Source: Kiritimatiellia bacterium (GTDB taxonomy: Bacteria; Verrucomicrobiota; Kiritimatiellia; RFP12; UBA1067). From it: a stretch of DNA of 64,000 nt. The notes under the pieces were generated by a model. It ran no database searches. It saw nothing but the letters and a program-made list of their open reading frames with translations, and was not told the origin of the DNA. Shown here one piece after another: positions 53,117 to 62,449 of this stretch (position 1 is its first letter; every line of letters begins with the position of its first letter). The stretch covers positions 342 through 64,341 of the forward strand of contig JBJEWA010000140.1 of assembly GCA_051884805.1 (NCBI GenBank), read 5' to 3'. The position numbers and the translations under genes are program-made.

Positions 53117-53632
53117 TCACCCCTGGGCCCTGAGTTCGTTGATGACTTCAACGGCCTTCGCGGGCGTCACCTTGCCATAGACCCTGCCGTTGACCACCAT
53201 GACCGGCGCAAGGCCGCAGGCGCCGACGCAGCGCAGAGCGTTGACGGAGAAGAGCCCGTCCGCCGTCGGGACCGTGTCGGCCTTGACGCCGAGCACGCGT
53301 TCGATCTCGCGGAGAACGCCCTCGGAACCCTTCACGTAGCAGGCCGTGCCGAGGCAGACGTCGATCACGTACTTGCCCTTCGGCTCCGTCGTAAAATAGT
53401 TGTAGAAGCTGACAACGCCGGAAACTGCGGATTCGGCAATCGCCATCTTGGCCGCGACGTGCTGCTGCACCTTGCGGGGCAGATAGCCGAAGATGGCCTG
53501 CGCCTTGTGCAGGATCTGGATGAGACGGCCACGACGGCGTTCATCGTTCAGGTCAAGCTCGAGACCGTCGATGAAGGCATCGAGCTCGGCGAACTTTTCG
53601 GACGCCGCAGGGGACAACGCGCTGTCACACAT
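53117..53632 (-). CDS. hydC: NuoE-like 2Fe-2S subunit of multimeric [FeFe] hydrogenase (HydC/HndA)
   Basis: 171 aa. Thioredoxin-like ferredoxin Cys pattern (CLGTACYV...CVGACGLAP). Confidence 0.85.
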   Translation of the reverse strand: MCDSALSPAASEKFAELDAFIDGLELDLNDERRRGRLIQILHKAQAIFGYLPRKVQQHVAAKMAIAESAVSGVVSFYNYFTTEPKGKYVIDVCLGTACYVKGSEGVLREIERVLGVKADTVPTADGLFSVNALRCVGACGLAPVMVVNGRVYGKVTPAKAVEVINELRAQG

Positions 53633-53660
53633 GTGCTTGGGTTCCTTCTTTTAGGGTGAA

Positions 53661-53690
53661 ATTTCCGCATATTATATCATTCCGGGGACA
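53661..53690 (-). promoter_or_regulatory. candidate sigma70-type promoter for hydCBA (TTGCCT-N18-TATAAT)
   Basis: Minus-strand TATAAT at 53666-53661 and TTGCCT at 53690-53685, about 30 nt upstream of the hydC ATG, with SD GAAGGAA in between. Confidence 0.35.
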
Positions 53691-53826
53691 GGTAAGGCAA
53701 GAAGACCGCGCAATGCGCAGAACCCGCGATGGGAATGGTCGCCCGCCGGGCAAAAGCGCGGTTACCGCCTGCACCGCAAAGCCGCGCAAGCGGGGGCGCG
53801 ACGGGTACTGGCGGTCGGGTCGGCCG

Positions 53827-55578
53827 TCAGGGACGGGAATCGGCAGCGGCCGGAGGCGCCGCACATGGCCTGGATTGCGTACGAAAGACGTCGGCGTAAT
53901 CCTCGAGAAAGGCATGGTTGCGCCCGATGCCGTATTCCCACGTCGTGTACATGATGCCGCGGGCGCCGGGCGTCTCGTTGAGCGGCTTCATCCATTGCGC
54001 GGCGCTCGTACGCGTCGCATCCGCCGTCGCGGCGTCATAGAATCCGGCGCCCATCGTGCGGTAGCCGTGCGCGGTGAAGTGCGGCAGGACGAGGTGCGCC
54101 TTCGCCCCCCACCAGCAGACCATCGTGACGTCCTTCGGCACGAACGGCAGGGCGCCTTCCGTCGACGAGTCCGTCAGGTAGTAGGTCGGTCTCGCGTTGT
54201 GGTTGACGTCGAGCATATCCGGCCACATGTAGACGTCGGCCGCCGGACAGACCGCCTTGATGGCGTCGTACTGCGCACGGACGTGCCTGCCGATCCGGAC
54301 GCCCATCGTCTCCCCGTCGGCGCGGCAGTTCTCGCAGCGGCAGCTGATGCGGATTTCGTCCGCGCTCAAGAACCACTTCACCGGACCGATCTCGCGTCCG
54401 AGGTCGGCCGCGCTGCGGCGGTAGAAGTCGTTCAGGGCCGGATTCGTCAGGCACGCCCCGAACTGGTCGTTGTAGACGCATTTCGGCTCGTAGCACGACA
54501 CCAGGAGCCGCGTCCCCTCGCGAATCGCCCCGCCCGGCAGAAGCTCCAGCTCAAGCGCCGGATTGCGTTTCGCGAACTGCAGCGTCTCCGGCGCCGCAGG
54601 ACGCCGGTAATCGACGCCCTCGCGATATGCGGCACCCGACTGCGCATCGCGCACGACGAAACCGGCGCCGGCGCGGACGACCGGATACTCGACGCCCAGC
54701 TCCTCAACGCGGACGTCGGCAAAACGCACGCGTCCCTCCTGGTCCGAACGGTCCCAGGTCGAGAACTCCACCTCCGTGTCCTCTTCGCCCGTGATGAAGG
54801 TGAAGCCGACCGGCGTCCAGTCCTGCGTGGCCCTGAGCTTGGGATGACAGGCCGCGGCGTAATGACAGCTGCGACAGGACTTCGCCGTCACGCCCATGCC
54901 GGGGCCAGTGTTGCCCGGCTTCGGCGCACAAAGGGCGCCTTCCGTCTTCAGCCGCGCCGAGACGCGGTACTTGCGACAGGGCCTGACGGCGAATTTCACC
55001 GTCGCGACACGGCGCGCGGCCCCGTCCGAACAGTCGATCGTCCGCGTCATTTTCGCGAGATCGACGTTCATCGGCCGAGGTTCGAAGACGCCGCGGCCGT
55101 TCCGCACCGCGTACGGCACGTCCCGCACGGGCCAGACGGTCACAAACGACGGATCGGCATATTGCATCGAGCAATAGCCAACCGACCAGAGGAGCGGCAC
55201 GAAGTCGAACTGCTGCTCGTCGCAGAACGCCTTGAGCGCCTTAAAGCGCTGCACGCGGTCGGGAGCCATGACGGACAGCCCCTCAAGACCCGTCCGCGTC
55301 GCACGGTAGGCGTCGGAACCGTCGTTCGACTCGGCCTCGTCGGTCCAGGCGGTGTAGTCCTTGCCCGAAATGAGCGCAAGGCCGGTATAGCCGGCGGCCC
55401 GAGCGCGGACGACGAGCGCCTTGGCCTGCGCCAGTTCAACCGGATCGTTCAGGTAGTCGATTGCGAACACCCACCGGTTCTCGTAGGTTGCGCCAAAGCC
55501 TGCGAACGTGATCGCCGTCACGCAGGCGGCAAGCCAACATCTCATCGCTTTCACCGACGTTTTCCTCCTAAGCAGCAA
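53827..55578 (-). CDS. secreted glycoside-hydrolase-like protein, family B copy 1 (N-terminal barrel-like region, inserted CBM4/9-like beta-sandwich, C-terminal region with CxCxxC cluster)
   Basis: 583 aa with a signal peptide. Paralogous to 60724..62448 (shared VPLLWSVGYCSM/VPMIWSVGYGTM, W.LS.DE.R...C.C, and C-terminal GIMYTTW/GIMYTTF). The middle region resembles the CBM_4_9 start (NG.FE...W) and end (DD.S). Confidence 0.6.
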   Translation of the reverse strand: MLLRRKTSVKAMRCWLAACVTAITFAGFGATYENRWVFAIDYLNDPVELAQAKALVVRARAAGYTGLALISGKDYTAWTDEAESNDGSDAYRATRTGLEGLSVMAPDRVQRFKALKAFCDEQQFDFVPLLWSVGYCSMQYADPSFVTVWPVRDVPYAVRNGRGVFEPRPMNVDLAKMTRTIDCSDGAARRVATVKFAVRPCRKYRVSARLKTEGALCAPKPGNTGPGMGVTAKSCRSCHYAAACHPKLRATQDWTPVGFTFITGEEDTEVEFSTWDRSDQEGRVRFADVRVEELGVEYPVVRAGAGFVVRDAQSGAAYREGVDYRRPAAPETLQFAKRNPALELELLPGGAIREGTRLLVSCYEPKCVYNDQFGACLTNPALNDFYRRSAADLGREIGPVKWFLSADEIRISCRCENCRADGETMGVRIGRHVRAQYDAIKAVCPAADVYMWPDMLDVNHNARPTYYLTDSSTEGALPFVPKDVTMVCWWGAKAHLVLPHFTAHGYRTMGAGFYDAATADATRTSAAQWMKPLNETPGARGIMYTTWEYGIGRNHAFLEDYADVFRTQSRPCAAPPAAADSRP

Positions 55579-55767
55579 CCCGTCTCCCGACCGCGGGCAC
55601 CAGTCCTCCGAAAGCCAGTCTCAGGTCGTTTCCGGACACCTTGGGCCTGCGGCCACGCGCACCGGTCCGCTCCGCATCGCCGACAACGCCCCGAGAGCAA
55701 GCTCGGTCCGTCCGCCTGCGCGCACAGGGCCGATGCGACCGCAGCGTGCCGATCATGCGTCTTGCGC

Positions 55768-58152
55768 TCATTGCCGTTTCTCCGGCGGCGTTCCGCCTTG
55801 GCCGGGACGAATGGCTTCGCAGGCGACGTTGGCGAGCCGCACGGAACCCTGCGCGTTGTGAAACGTCCAGGTCATCCGCGGTGGCCGTCCCTGTTCGGCC
55901 GTAAAGTCGAACGTCTGGCGGATCCAGCCGGAGCGGCCGACCATCCGCTCGTCCCACGCCTTCGGCACGTCGCTGCGCCATCGGCCCCCGGCAACGGTAA
56001 AGTAGAACCCGCCGTACGGCACGAGCGGCCGACAGGCGTCAACTTTCACCCACCAGGACAGCCGGTAGTCCCTGCCCGGCGCGAGCGCCGCCATGGCCGG
56101 CAGCTGCACGCTCCCCGTCGCCCTCAGCTCCGACTCGTTCGCGAAGACCAGCGCCGAGCCGACGTCCGCCGGCTCCGCTGTCGCCGCCCGGTCGCCGAAG
56201 CCGATCCGGGCGCCGGGCAGCAGTCCGTCGTCCCGGAGGTACATGAGCATCCAGCGCATCTGCAGTCGCCAGCCGGCGGACATGCGGCCGTTATCCTCCA
56301 GCTGTTCACGCGACCAGCCGCCGTAGAGCCGAACGTCCGGCCAGAGGTCGAAGCGATAGTCCGTCGAACCGGCGTGCCGCGCCCGTCCGACGATGTCGTC
56401 GATCCGGGCGAAGCGGCGCGAATACGCCCGTGCGCAGGCCTCGGCCGTCATTTCGCCCGGCGCGGCGAGATAGGCGGCCTGCAGCTGGGCGACGGCCGCC
56501 GTCGCCTTCACGTACTCGAACTCGTAGCGGACGAGCGCCAGGCGCGCCTTCAGCCTGGCGTCCTTCGCCTTCTGCTCGGCCTCGCGCAGGCGGAGTTCCA
56601 GCTGCATCACCGTCTCGGGCGCGAACGCGAAGGCGACGACGTCCATCGGCGACTTCGCAAAGCTCACATGGCGCTTCATCGGCTCGAAGAACCGTCCCTC
56701 GTCAACCGTCGTGTCGGAACCGTCAAAGCAGTTCACGGCCGTGAGGCGCACGTCCATGATGCGGAAGAATTCGCGCATCGGTCCGGACGCAGGCCCGTAC
56801 ATCCGCCGGCAGTATTCGTCGACCAGGTCCTCCGTCTTGCGCGCCGGATCGAGCAGGACGCGGTTGAAGACCCAGTAGGCGGGACCCTCCATGCCGTACA
56901 GTTCGCCGTAGCCGCAGCGGTAGACGCCGCGCACCCGGTTGCGCCGCAAGCGTCTCGCCAGGCTCGCGCACGTGGCGAAAGACCGCTTCGGACACGCGCC
57001 CATCGCCGGGTAGCAGCCCCACAGGTAGATGTAGGCCGTGAATTCGCCGCCGTAACCCGCCGTGCGCCACTCGGCAAACGACCGGTCCGTCGACGAGGTC
57101 TGTTCGATGATGACGTTCGACGGCAGCTTCGAGAGTTCATCCGGCGGCTTCGACGTCGCTCCGTAGGCCGGAAGCAGCACGCGCTTGCCCGGACGCAGTT
57201 CGGCGACCTTGCGCGCGAGGGCCATGTGGAAGCGCCAGTACTTCTCCTTCCAGTCGCCCGGTTCGGTGCCGAGAAAATGCGCACACGCCTCGCATTCGCA
57301 GGCGGAGCAGCCGTCCTGCTGGGCGACCTGCACGACCGTCGCCCCCTCGTCGAAGCGGCGGAGCGCCTCCTCGAGGATGAGCTTGCGCACTGCGGGATTC
57401 GACAGGCACAGCGCCGTCTGGCCGTCGCCGTGCGGCGAGACGGCCCGCCTGCCCCTGACGAGCGCGAAGTATTCCGGATGCGACTTGAAGAGCTTCGAGG
57501 CGGGACACGCGACGGGATACGAGTGTCCGCCATAGCTGTGGTACAGGCCGGAGCCGAAGATTCCGTTCGCATAGCTGTGCAGCGGATCGTCGACGTTCGC
57601 GCCGGCGTAGTCGACGGGAGGAAGCTCGAAGTCGCGCAGGCCGGACGGGACGGTGACGGCCACGCCCTTCGGGACGTCCGTGCCGATCTCGCCCGGACAG
57701 AGAAACCGGACATCCATGCGCGACTCCATGAAACGCGCGACGGCGCGGACCGTCGGCAGGACGCACAGGCGCCAGTCGGCGTTCTTTCGGCCGGGACGTC
57801 CGCTGCGGTCGCGGCCGAAGAGATAGACGCCACCGTCCTTTTCGGCGATGACGTTCGCGAAGTCGCGCACGTCCTTCGTCATCAGCCCCGCCCGCTCGGC
57901 GGCGGCGGCTCCGAGGTAGATTGCCGGGGCTGCGGACTTCCTGCCGGGCGTCACCACCGGCAGGAGTCCCACGCCGTTCTCCGCGAAGGCGCGCGCCAGC
58001 CGCCTCGCCGCCGTGCCGATCGCGGCCGTCACGCCCGTATCGTCCGGCTCCGGGACGACGATCTGCCAGCCGGCGCAGACGGTCACGTCCGCGGCGGCGC
58101 AGGCTCCGGCGAGGAAAAGGACATTCAGGACGGTCAGGACGGATTTGCTCAT
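55768..58152 (-). CDS. secreted DUF4838-like (glycoside-hydrolase-like) protein, copy 1, with C-terminal CBM9/DOMON-like domain
   Basis: 794 aa with a signal peptide. Motifs LYHSYGGHSYPVACP, ALCLSNP and QQDGCSACECEAC. Clear paralog of 58149..60692. The DUF4838 assignment is from memory of the family's features, not a search. Confidence 0.6.
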   Translation of the reverse strand: MSKSVLTVLNVLFLAGACAAADVTVCAGWQIVVPEPDDTGVTAAIGTAARRLARAFAENGVGLLPVVTPGRKSAAPAIYLGAAAAERAGLMTKDVRDFANVIAEKDGGVYLFGRDRSGRPGRKNADWRLCVLPTVRAVARFMESRMDVRFLCPGEIGTDVPKGVAVTVPSGLRDFELPPVDYAGANVDDPLHSYANGIFGSGLYHSYGGHSYPVACPASKLFKSHPEYFALVRGRRAVSPHGDGQTALCLSNPAVRKLILEEALRRFDEGATVVQVAQQDGCSACECEACAHFLGTEPGDWKEKYWRFHMALARKVAELRPGKRVLLPAYGATSKPPDELSKLPSNVIIEQTSSTDRSFAEWRTAGYGGEFTAYIYLWGCYPAMGACPKRSFATCASLARRLRRNRVRGVYRCGYGELYGMEGPAYWVFNRVLLDPARKTEDLVDEYCRRMYGPASGPMREFFRIMDVRLTAVNCFDGSDTTVDEGRFFEPMKRHVSFAKSPMDVVAFAFAPETVMQLELRLREAEQKAKDARLKARLALVRYEFEYVKATAAVAQLQAAYLAAPGEMTAEACARAYSRRFARIDDIVGRARHAGSTDYRFDLWPDVRLYGGWSREQLEDNGRMSAGWRLQMRWMLMYLRDDGLLPGARIGFGDRAATAEPADVGSALVFANESELRATGSVQLPAMAALAPGRDYRLSWWVKVDACRPLVPYGGFYFTVAGGRWRSDVPKAWDERMVGRSGWIRQTFDFTAEQGRPPRMTWTFHNAQGSVRLANVACEAIRPGQGGTPPEKRQ

Positions 58153-60692
58153 CGGAAGATCAGGTCGCCAAGGGCGTCGCGGGAGTTGAAGGAACGCGTT
58201 TCAAAGTCAGGGCTCCACAGGGCGAACCGGTAGTCCGAGCGGTTTCCGCTCGCGCAGTTCGCCTGGCGTCCGAGGTTGAAGCACCAGCGGTCGCCCGGCT
58301 TGGGCGGAGAGACCTTCAGCTCGGCGTAGGGCAACGCGAACAGCGCCGACCACACGTCGCCCGAACGGCGGTTGCTCACCTTCCAGCCGAAACTGTTCCA
58401 GCCGCGGTCGGCCTGGCCGAATTTCGGATCGAGCGGATCGACGACAAGCCCGAACGCCTCGTCGAAGACGGATCCGTCGACGGGATTCCAGACGAAGTGA
58501 TAGCAGACGTCCTTCGTGCCGGTCGGATCGACAGTCAGGTCAAGCGACTCGTTCTTGAAGCACTTGCCGTCGTGCTCATATGGCTCCATCGTGAAGGACG
58601 CGGGCAGTGCCGTCTCGACGGCGACGTAGAAGCCATCGTCGTCATACAGCGCCTTGAAGCGGCACCTGACCGGCGTCTCTTCCAGCTGGATGCCGCCGAG
58701 TTCGTGCCATTCCGCCGCCGCCCAGGCGCCGGCGGCGAAGTCGTCGCCCGGAGGCTCCGCCGCCCGTAGGACCGGCGCCGTCTTGCGCCCCGCCCCCGGC
58801 AAGACGCCCTGCTCCCTCATGGACGCCACGTCCCAGCCGAGCGGCGAACCGATGGTCGCGCCCATGCGGCCGTTGACCGCCAGGTACGAACGCGGATAAT
58901 TGCGGAAGAGTTCGAGTTCCGGCCAGCCGTCGATCTTGAGCGGCACGCCCTTCGGGCCATACGTCCGCGCAAGATAGCCGTTGCGCCAGACGATCTCGTC
59001 CGCCAGCGCGTCGAAGAGCGGCTGCGTCGGCTTCAGCCGGTAGGCGCCGTAGAGATAGGCGATGCGGCCGAGGTTCGCCGCGTAGTCGAACTCTCGCCGG
59101 ACAAGTTCGATCCGCTTCGCCTGCCGCTCGTCCAGCCCGGCGGTCTTCTCCGCCCGCGCGAGGCATTCCTCCGTGCGGCGGAGCGTATCGGGCGAATAGA
59201 CGTAGGCGAGCAGGTCCCACGGCGTGCGCGGGCTGTCGTCAACCAGCCCCTGCAGGCCGTTCGCATCCTCCTGCCCGATGCGCGGCTCGTTCACGCCGAA
59301 ATCCCTGCGCAGCTTGGCGTCCAGCTCCAGATGGAAGGTGCGCATCGGCGCGGCCGCAGGACCGTAGGCGTGCCGGCAGTAGTCCTCAAACGCCCGGCGC
59401 ACGTCCGTCTCGGGGGCGGCGAGGACGCGGTTGAAGATCCAGTAGGCCGGACCCTCCATGCCGTAAAGCTCGCCGTAGCCGCAGCGGTAGACGTACCTCA
59501 CGTTGTGCTTCACGAAGCGCCGCGCCTGCACCGCCATGCGCGCCATCGACTGCTTGGCCGTGAAGTCCGGCTGCGGATAGCAGCCCCAGTTGTAGACGTA
59601 GACGCCGAAGCCGCGCGGCACCTCATAGCCCTCCCACCGCGCGAAGTCGCGTTCGCCCGAGGCGGCCAGCTCGACCATCACGTTCGCGGGGAACTTGCGG
59701 AACGTCCGCGGCGGGCGGACCGTCGGCCCGTAGCTGAGGATGTTCACCGTCTTGCCGGGGCGCACCCTGAGCGCCCGCTCGGCCAGGTCGCGGTGAAGCC
59801 GCCAGAGCGCCTCGCCGACGTCATTGCCGAAGAACGCACGGCACTTGTCGCACTGGCACCAGTCGCTCCCGTCCTGCTGCGCGAGCTGGACGACGTCGGC
59901 GCCCTCGTCGAAGCGCCGGATCAGCTCGTCGAAGATCAGCTGCTGCACGTCGGGATTCGACACGCAGAGCGCGTTTTCCGCCGACTCGGCGCGGCGTCCG
60001 CCCAAAAGGGCGAAGTACTCGGGATGCTCCTGGAAGTATTTCGCCGTCGGACAGGCGGCGGGATAGGAGTGGCCACCGTAGGAATGGAAGACGCCCTGTC
60101 CGTAGAAGCCGTTCGCATACGCATACATCATCCCGGCCGAACCGAAGCCCGAGCCGGCGATCTGCGTCGCCTTCTCGACGTCCAGCGTGCCGTCCGCAAG
60201 CTCGACCTTCCCGACCTTGGGGACGTCCTTACCCAGCCTGCCCGGCGCCAGGAAGACGACGTCGGCGGACTTTTCGAGGAAGCGCGCCACCGCGCGTACC
60301 GTCGGCAGCGTGCAGCCCGTCCAGGCAAGACCCCTGCGGCCGGTGCGGCCGGGGCGGTCGGGGCCGAAAAGATAGACCGAGCCGCCCTTCTCGGCGACGA
60401 CGTTGTCATGGTACGCAAGGCCCGACAGGTCGAAGCCCGCCTTCGCCGCCGCGTCCGCGCCAAGATGGATCGCCGGCGCACCGGCCTTGTCCGGCCCGAC
60501 GACGGGCAGCTCCAGCCCCGCGCCAAGCCGCAGGTCCTCCTGCAGTTCGGACGCCGCTGCGCAAATGGCGGCGCGTACGCCGGGGTCGCCGTCCGCAGGC
60601 ACGACGATACGCCAATCGGAGCCGATCGTCAGCGCGTATGCGGGGACGGCGAGGATGCCCGACAGGACGACGACAGGGACCAGACGCTGCAT
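58149..60692 (-). CDS. secreted DUF4838-like (glycoside-hydrolase-like) protein, copy 2, with C-terminal CBM9-like domain
   Basis: 847 aa with a signal peptide. VFHSYGGHSYPAACP, ALCVSNP and QQDGSDWCQCDKC. Its stop overlaps the next gene's start by 4 nt (translational coupling). Confidence 0.6.
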   Translation of the reverse strand: MQRLVPVVVLSGILAVPAYALTIGSDWRIVVPADGDPGVRAAICAAASELQEDLRLGAGLELPVVGPDKAGAPAIHLGADAAAKAGFDLSGLAYHDNVVAEKGGSVYLFGPDRPGRTGRRGLAWTGCTLPTVRAVARFLEKSADVVFLAPGRLGKDVPKVGKVELADGTLDVEKATQIAGSGFGSAGMMYAYANGFYGQGVFHSYGGHSYPAACPTAKYFQEHPEYFALLGGRRAESAENALCVSNPDVQQLIFDELIRRFDEGADVVQLAQQDGSDWCQCDKCRAFFGNDVGEALWRLHRDLAERALRVRPGKTVNILSYGPTVRPPRTFRKFPANVMVELAASGERDFARWEGYEVPRGFGVYVYNWGCYPQPDFTAKQSMARMAVQARRFVKHNVRYVYRCGYGELYGMEGPAYWIFNRVLAAPETDVRRAFEDYCRHAYGPAAAPMRTFHLELDAKLRRDFGVNEPRIGQEDANGLQGLVDDSPRTPWDLLAYVYSPDTLRRTEECLARAEKTAGLDERQAKRIELVRREFDYAANLGRIAYLYGAYRLKPTQPLFDALADEIVWRNGYLARTYGPKGVPLKIDGWPELELFRNYPRSYLAVNGRMGATIGSPLGWDVASMREQGVLPGAGRKTAPVLRAAEPPGDDFAAGAWAAAEWHELGGIQLEETPVRCRFKALYDDDGFYVAVETALPASFTMEPYEHDGKCFKNESLDLTVDPTGTKDVCYHFVWNPVDGSVFDEAFGLVVDPLDPKFGQADRGWNSFGWKVSNRRSGDVWSALFALPYAELKVSPPKPGDRWCFNLGRQANCASGNRSDYRFALWSPDFETRSFNSRDALGDLIFR

Positions 60693-60723
60693 ACTTTCTT
60701 CTACGCCTTTCCTTTTTACCCGT

Positions 60724-62448
60724 TTACCTGGTCTTTTCGGCGGCCATGTCGCCGAATTCCCCCAGCAATTCGTAACGCGGCACGAACGTCGTGTACATGA
60801 TGCCCTCGCAGCCGGGCGTCGCCTTGGCCGCCTTCAGGTGGAGGCGGCAGCCGTCGAGGTTCTCCGCATCGTAATAGCTCGCGCAAAAGGTCCTGAAGCC
60901 AAGCCCGCTGAAATGCGCCAGCTGCTCGGCCATGCGACGTCCGTCCCAGCAAAGGATGACGAGTTCCTTCGGGATGTAGCGCCAGGAGTCGACGAAAGAC
61001 CCCTCGCACAGCATGTACTTCGGCACGGCGTTCATCTTGCGGTCGAACATGTCGGCCCAGACGTAGACCTTCGCCTCGGGACAGGTGCGGCGGATGATGC
61101 CGAACTGCTTCGTGACGCAATCGCCGAGGATGTGCGCCATGTCGGTATGGCGGGCGACGCAGGCCGCGCACGTGCCGCCCATCCGCACCTCGTCCATCGA
61201 CAGCACCCAGCGCGTCGGGCCAATGAGTTCCTTCAGTTCGCCCGCACACGTCTCGAAATGGCGATAGAGCTCGGGTTCGCTCATGCACACGCAGACCTGC
61301 CCGCCGCCCTTGACGGCCGTCGAGCGGTAGCCGCTGACGAGCAGCCGGTCGCCCGGACGGATGCGGCTGTCCTTCGTCAGGCGAAGCTCCAGCGACGTGC
61401 CGCTCCGGGCGCGGGGCTTGCCGCGGACCAGCCCCTCGACCGGCTCGTAGTCAACGCCCTCGTCATAGACCTGCAGCGTCTGCGCGTGCTTGACGACGAA
61501 CGGACACCCCGGTCGGCGCAGGACGTCCGGCAGCCCCGTCGGACGGATGCTGAAGTCGTCCATCCACAGCTTGCCGCCGGCGCCGCGGTAGGTGCCCGCG
61601 TAGATCGTGACCTCGCCGTGCGACTTCGTCTGCACCGGCACCGTGATGCGCGTCCACGGCAACGTCGTCGGCCGGCGGTGGATGGCGGGCTGGCCTGCGA
61701 GGCAGCCGTCCGCATCGTAGAAGGAGATGTTAAACGCGCCCGTCGCCGTGAAGTCCTCCGTCTTCACCCACATCGAGCACTCGTACTGCGTCCACGGCCT
61801 GAGCGCGAGCTTCTGGGTGATCCGGCAGCTGCCGTCGGGGCTGAACTCGGTGAAGCGTTCCATGCGGACCGCATGGCGGCCGGAATGGAACACCTTGTCG
61901 TCGACGAACGTCTTTACGCCCGGCCGGTCGAGCATGTTCCAGCCCGCGAGCGTGCCGTTCGGCCGGAGGTCCTCGAAGGAGCCGTTCTGCACGAATTCGG
62001 CGGCGGCATCCGCCACGAAGCGCGCCGTGCGGTCCTCGCCGACCAGATACGGCATGTCGGTGACGGGGAAGCCCTCCGCGAGATTGGGGTTGCGGCCGAG
62101 CATCGTGCCGTAGCCGACGGACCAGATCATCGGCACGATGTCGAGGTTGCGGTCGCGGCAGGCCTGGCGAATCCGAAGGAAGTTCTGCTTCCACCAGGCG
62201 GGACGAGAGGGGTAGTCGTCCATGTTGACGGCCCAAAGCATGGCCGTATAGCCGTGGCTGGCCGCCGTGGCGATCTGGTCGAGGCAGAACGCCGTGTCCT
62301 CCGGCGAAAGCGGATTCCTCGCCAAATGGAACCAGCGTTCGGCGAGCGGCGCCGCGCCGGCCGGCGCGACGGCCGACAGCGTCAGGCAGGCGGCAAGCAA
62401 GTTCGCGATCAGCCTGCACGATTTGCCAGTCTGCGGGAAGCGTCCCAT
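60724..62448 (-). CDS. secreted glycoside-hydrolase-like protein, family B copy 2 (paralog of 53827..55578) with inserted CBM4/9-like domain
   Basis: About 575 aa from MGRFPQTGKSCRLIANLLAACL (signal peptide). Its ATG lies 1 nt after the upstream gene's stop. CBM-like block VQNGSFEDLRPNGTLAGWNML...LWMDDFSIRP. Confidence 0.6.
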   Translation of the reverse strand: MGRFPQTGKSCRLIANLLAACLTLSAVAPAGAAPLAERWFHLARNPLSPEDTAFCLDQIATAASHGYTAMLWAVNMDDYPSRPAWWKQNFLRIRQACRDRNLDIVPMIWSVGYGTMLGRNPNLAEGFPVTDMPYLVGEDRTARFVADAAAEFVQNGSFEDLRPNGTLAGWNMLDRPGVKTFVDDKVFHSGRHAVRMERFTEFSPDGSCRITQKLALRPWTQYECSMWVKTEDFTATGAFNISFYDADGCLAGQPAIHRRPTTLPWTRITVPVQTKSHGEVTIYAGTYRGAGGKLWMDDFSIRPTGLPDVLRRPGCPFVVKHAQTLQVYDEGVDYEPVEGLVRGKPRARSGTSLELRLTKDSRIRPGDRLLVSGYRSTAVKGGGQVCVCMSEPELYRHFETCAGELKELIGPTRWVLSMDEVRMGGTCAACVARHTDMAHILGDCVTKQFGIIRRTCPEAKVYVWADMFDRKMNAVPKYMLCEGSFVDSWRYIPKELVILCWDGRRMAEQLAHFSGLGFRTFCASYYDAENLDGCRLHLKAAKATPGCEGIMYTTFVPRYELLGEFGDMAAEKTR

Positions 62449-62449
62449 C

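Noticed and set aside
53656-58233. 1525-aa plus-strand ORF, the longest in the track
   Set aside because: It spans the reverse strand of three secreted-protein genes. Its low-complexity R/A/G/P-rich translation has no domain signal. The minus-strand genes have signal peptides and paralog conservation.
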